Assembly: GCA_001179505.1 (NCBI GenBank)
Contig: CDMY01000149.1
Coordinates: 117,416 to 181,415, forward strand
Length of the DNA stretch: 64,000 bases
Reading direction: 5' to 3'
Source: Vitrella brassicaformis CCMP3155
Taxonomy: Eukaryota; Protista; Chromerida
The notes beneath the pieces are model-generated. The model was given only the letters and a program-made list of their open reading frames with translations. It did no database searches and was not told the DNA's origin. The translations under genes were made by a program, and so were the position numbers. This document shows positions 63,401 through 64,000 of the stretch, in pieces (position 1 is the first letter of the stretch; every line of letters begins with the position of its first letter).

Positions 63401-63602
63401 GCATGAGGGCAGCACAGAACGCAACGGGACGCATGAAAGGCTGTGAAAGGCAGATCTGCCTGCCTGTCTGAGGCTAAGTGCGTGTTACATACTTGAGTTT
63501 GTGTGCGAGTCCTTCGAAGCGGTCCAGCTGGTCGTTGCTCAGCTTCATCAGGGCATCAAACGCGGCATCTCTGCTGCAGCCGCTGCCGCTGGGTTCTCCC
63601 AT
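60459..63602 (-). CDS. Coiled-coil protein with Ser/Pro-rich disordered ends; multi-exon
   Basis: ATG 63602 MGEPSGSG..KLK|GTATG. Heptad-rich exons (EEVTRLRKQIQQ, LEAANERLE..ERDRELRKVTSEMERLRE, EKEALEEAILQLHQDL). Ends GGGHRGL*. Confidence 0.6.
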
Positions 63603-63618
63603 TTCTCTGAAAACCAAT

Positions 63619-63625
63619 GCGAGCT
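63619..63625 (-). promoter_or_regulatory. AGCTCGC candidate element (reverse strand)
   Basis: GCGAGCT 17 nt upstream of ATG 63602(-). Confidence 0.3.
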
Positions 63626-64000
63626 GCGATGCTGTGTTTTCCGATGTGTGTTTTGTCAGAAGTGCAAGTCGGTCCAGGGTTTAGGGTCTAGGGTTCATAG
63701 ACCGACGATCCACTGATCTGTGAGACAGGACGGCTGTTGAGTCTTTGTCCGTTCCATGAGACAGGCCATGGCGGACAGGACGTCAGACGGGATGGACTGA
63801 CGCATACTACATGTCCTACGTGGACTCTCCACAAAAACCACAGACCTTACGTTACATTGACTTAATCCTTTATCCGGGACTGACCGCCCGGCAGATCCTC
63901 TCTTCACCATTCTCCCCGACTCTCTCCCACCTATTCTTACATGGGCGCAGCAATCTGGTTTGTGTTTTCCGCCTGATCGGCAGTTGGGCAGATCCTAACA

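Noticed and set aside
1-64000. Many short ORFs with VCVCVC, HTHTH, SVCL, DGWMDG or poly-X runs, and antisense ORFs over real genes
   Set aside because: They are translations of intronic microsatellites or N gaps, or shadow frames of GC-rich coding DNA.
1-64000. CRISPR array, rRNA, tRNA, transposase or reverse transcriptase
   Set aside because: No regular repeat-spacer array, RNA-gene signature or mobile-element motif seen. The repeats are simple microsatellites or local duplications.

Overview
Intron-rich, GC-rich eukaryotic nuclear DNA. The best fit, by inference, is a chromerid alga such as Vitrella brassicaformis. Support: four genes have signal-peptide + Phe + transit-peptide presequences typical of complex red plastids, there is an apicomplexan-type MAM/copper amine oxidase gene, and introns are full of microsatellites. 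I built about 19 multi-exon genes by hand from splice sites; inner exon borders are approximate. Recognisable products: RoxA/YcfD-type JmjC oxygenase, PP2C, thylakoid-type signal peptidase I, MAM + Cu amine oxidase, NOP10, CFAP77-like, TBC RabGAP, TBCCD1, and a cyanobacterial-type bPH_2 protein. The most unusual items are (1) a single spliced ORF joining a PAS domain, a Ser/Thr kinase and a degenerate ferredoxin-reductase/cytochrome-b5-reductase module, (2) an ETF-alpha-like mitochondrial protein with a membrane anchor in place of its FAD domain, (3) an AGCTCGC motif recurring near start codons in mostly bidirectional promoters, and (4) a frameshifted secreted repeat ORF within decaying tandem duplications. 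I saw no rRNA, tRNA, CRISPR array or transposon. There are three 300-N assembly gaps.
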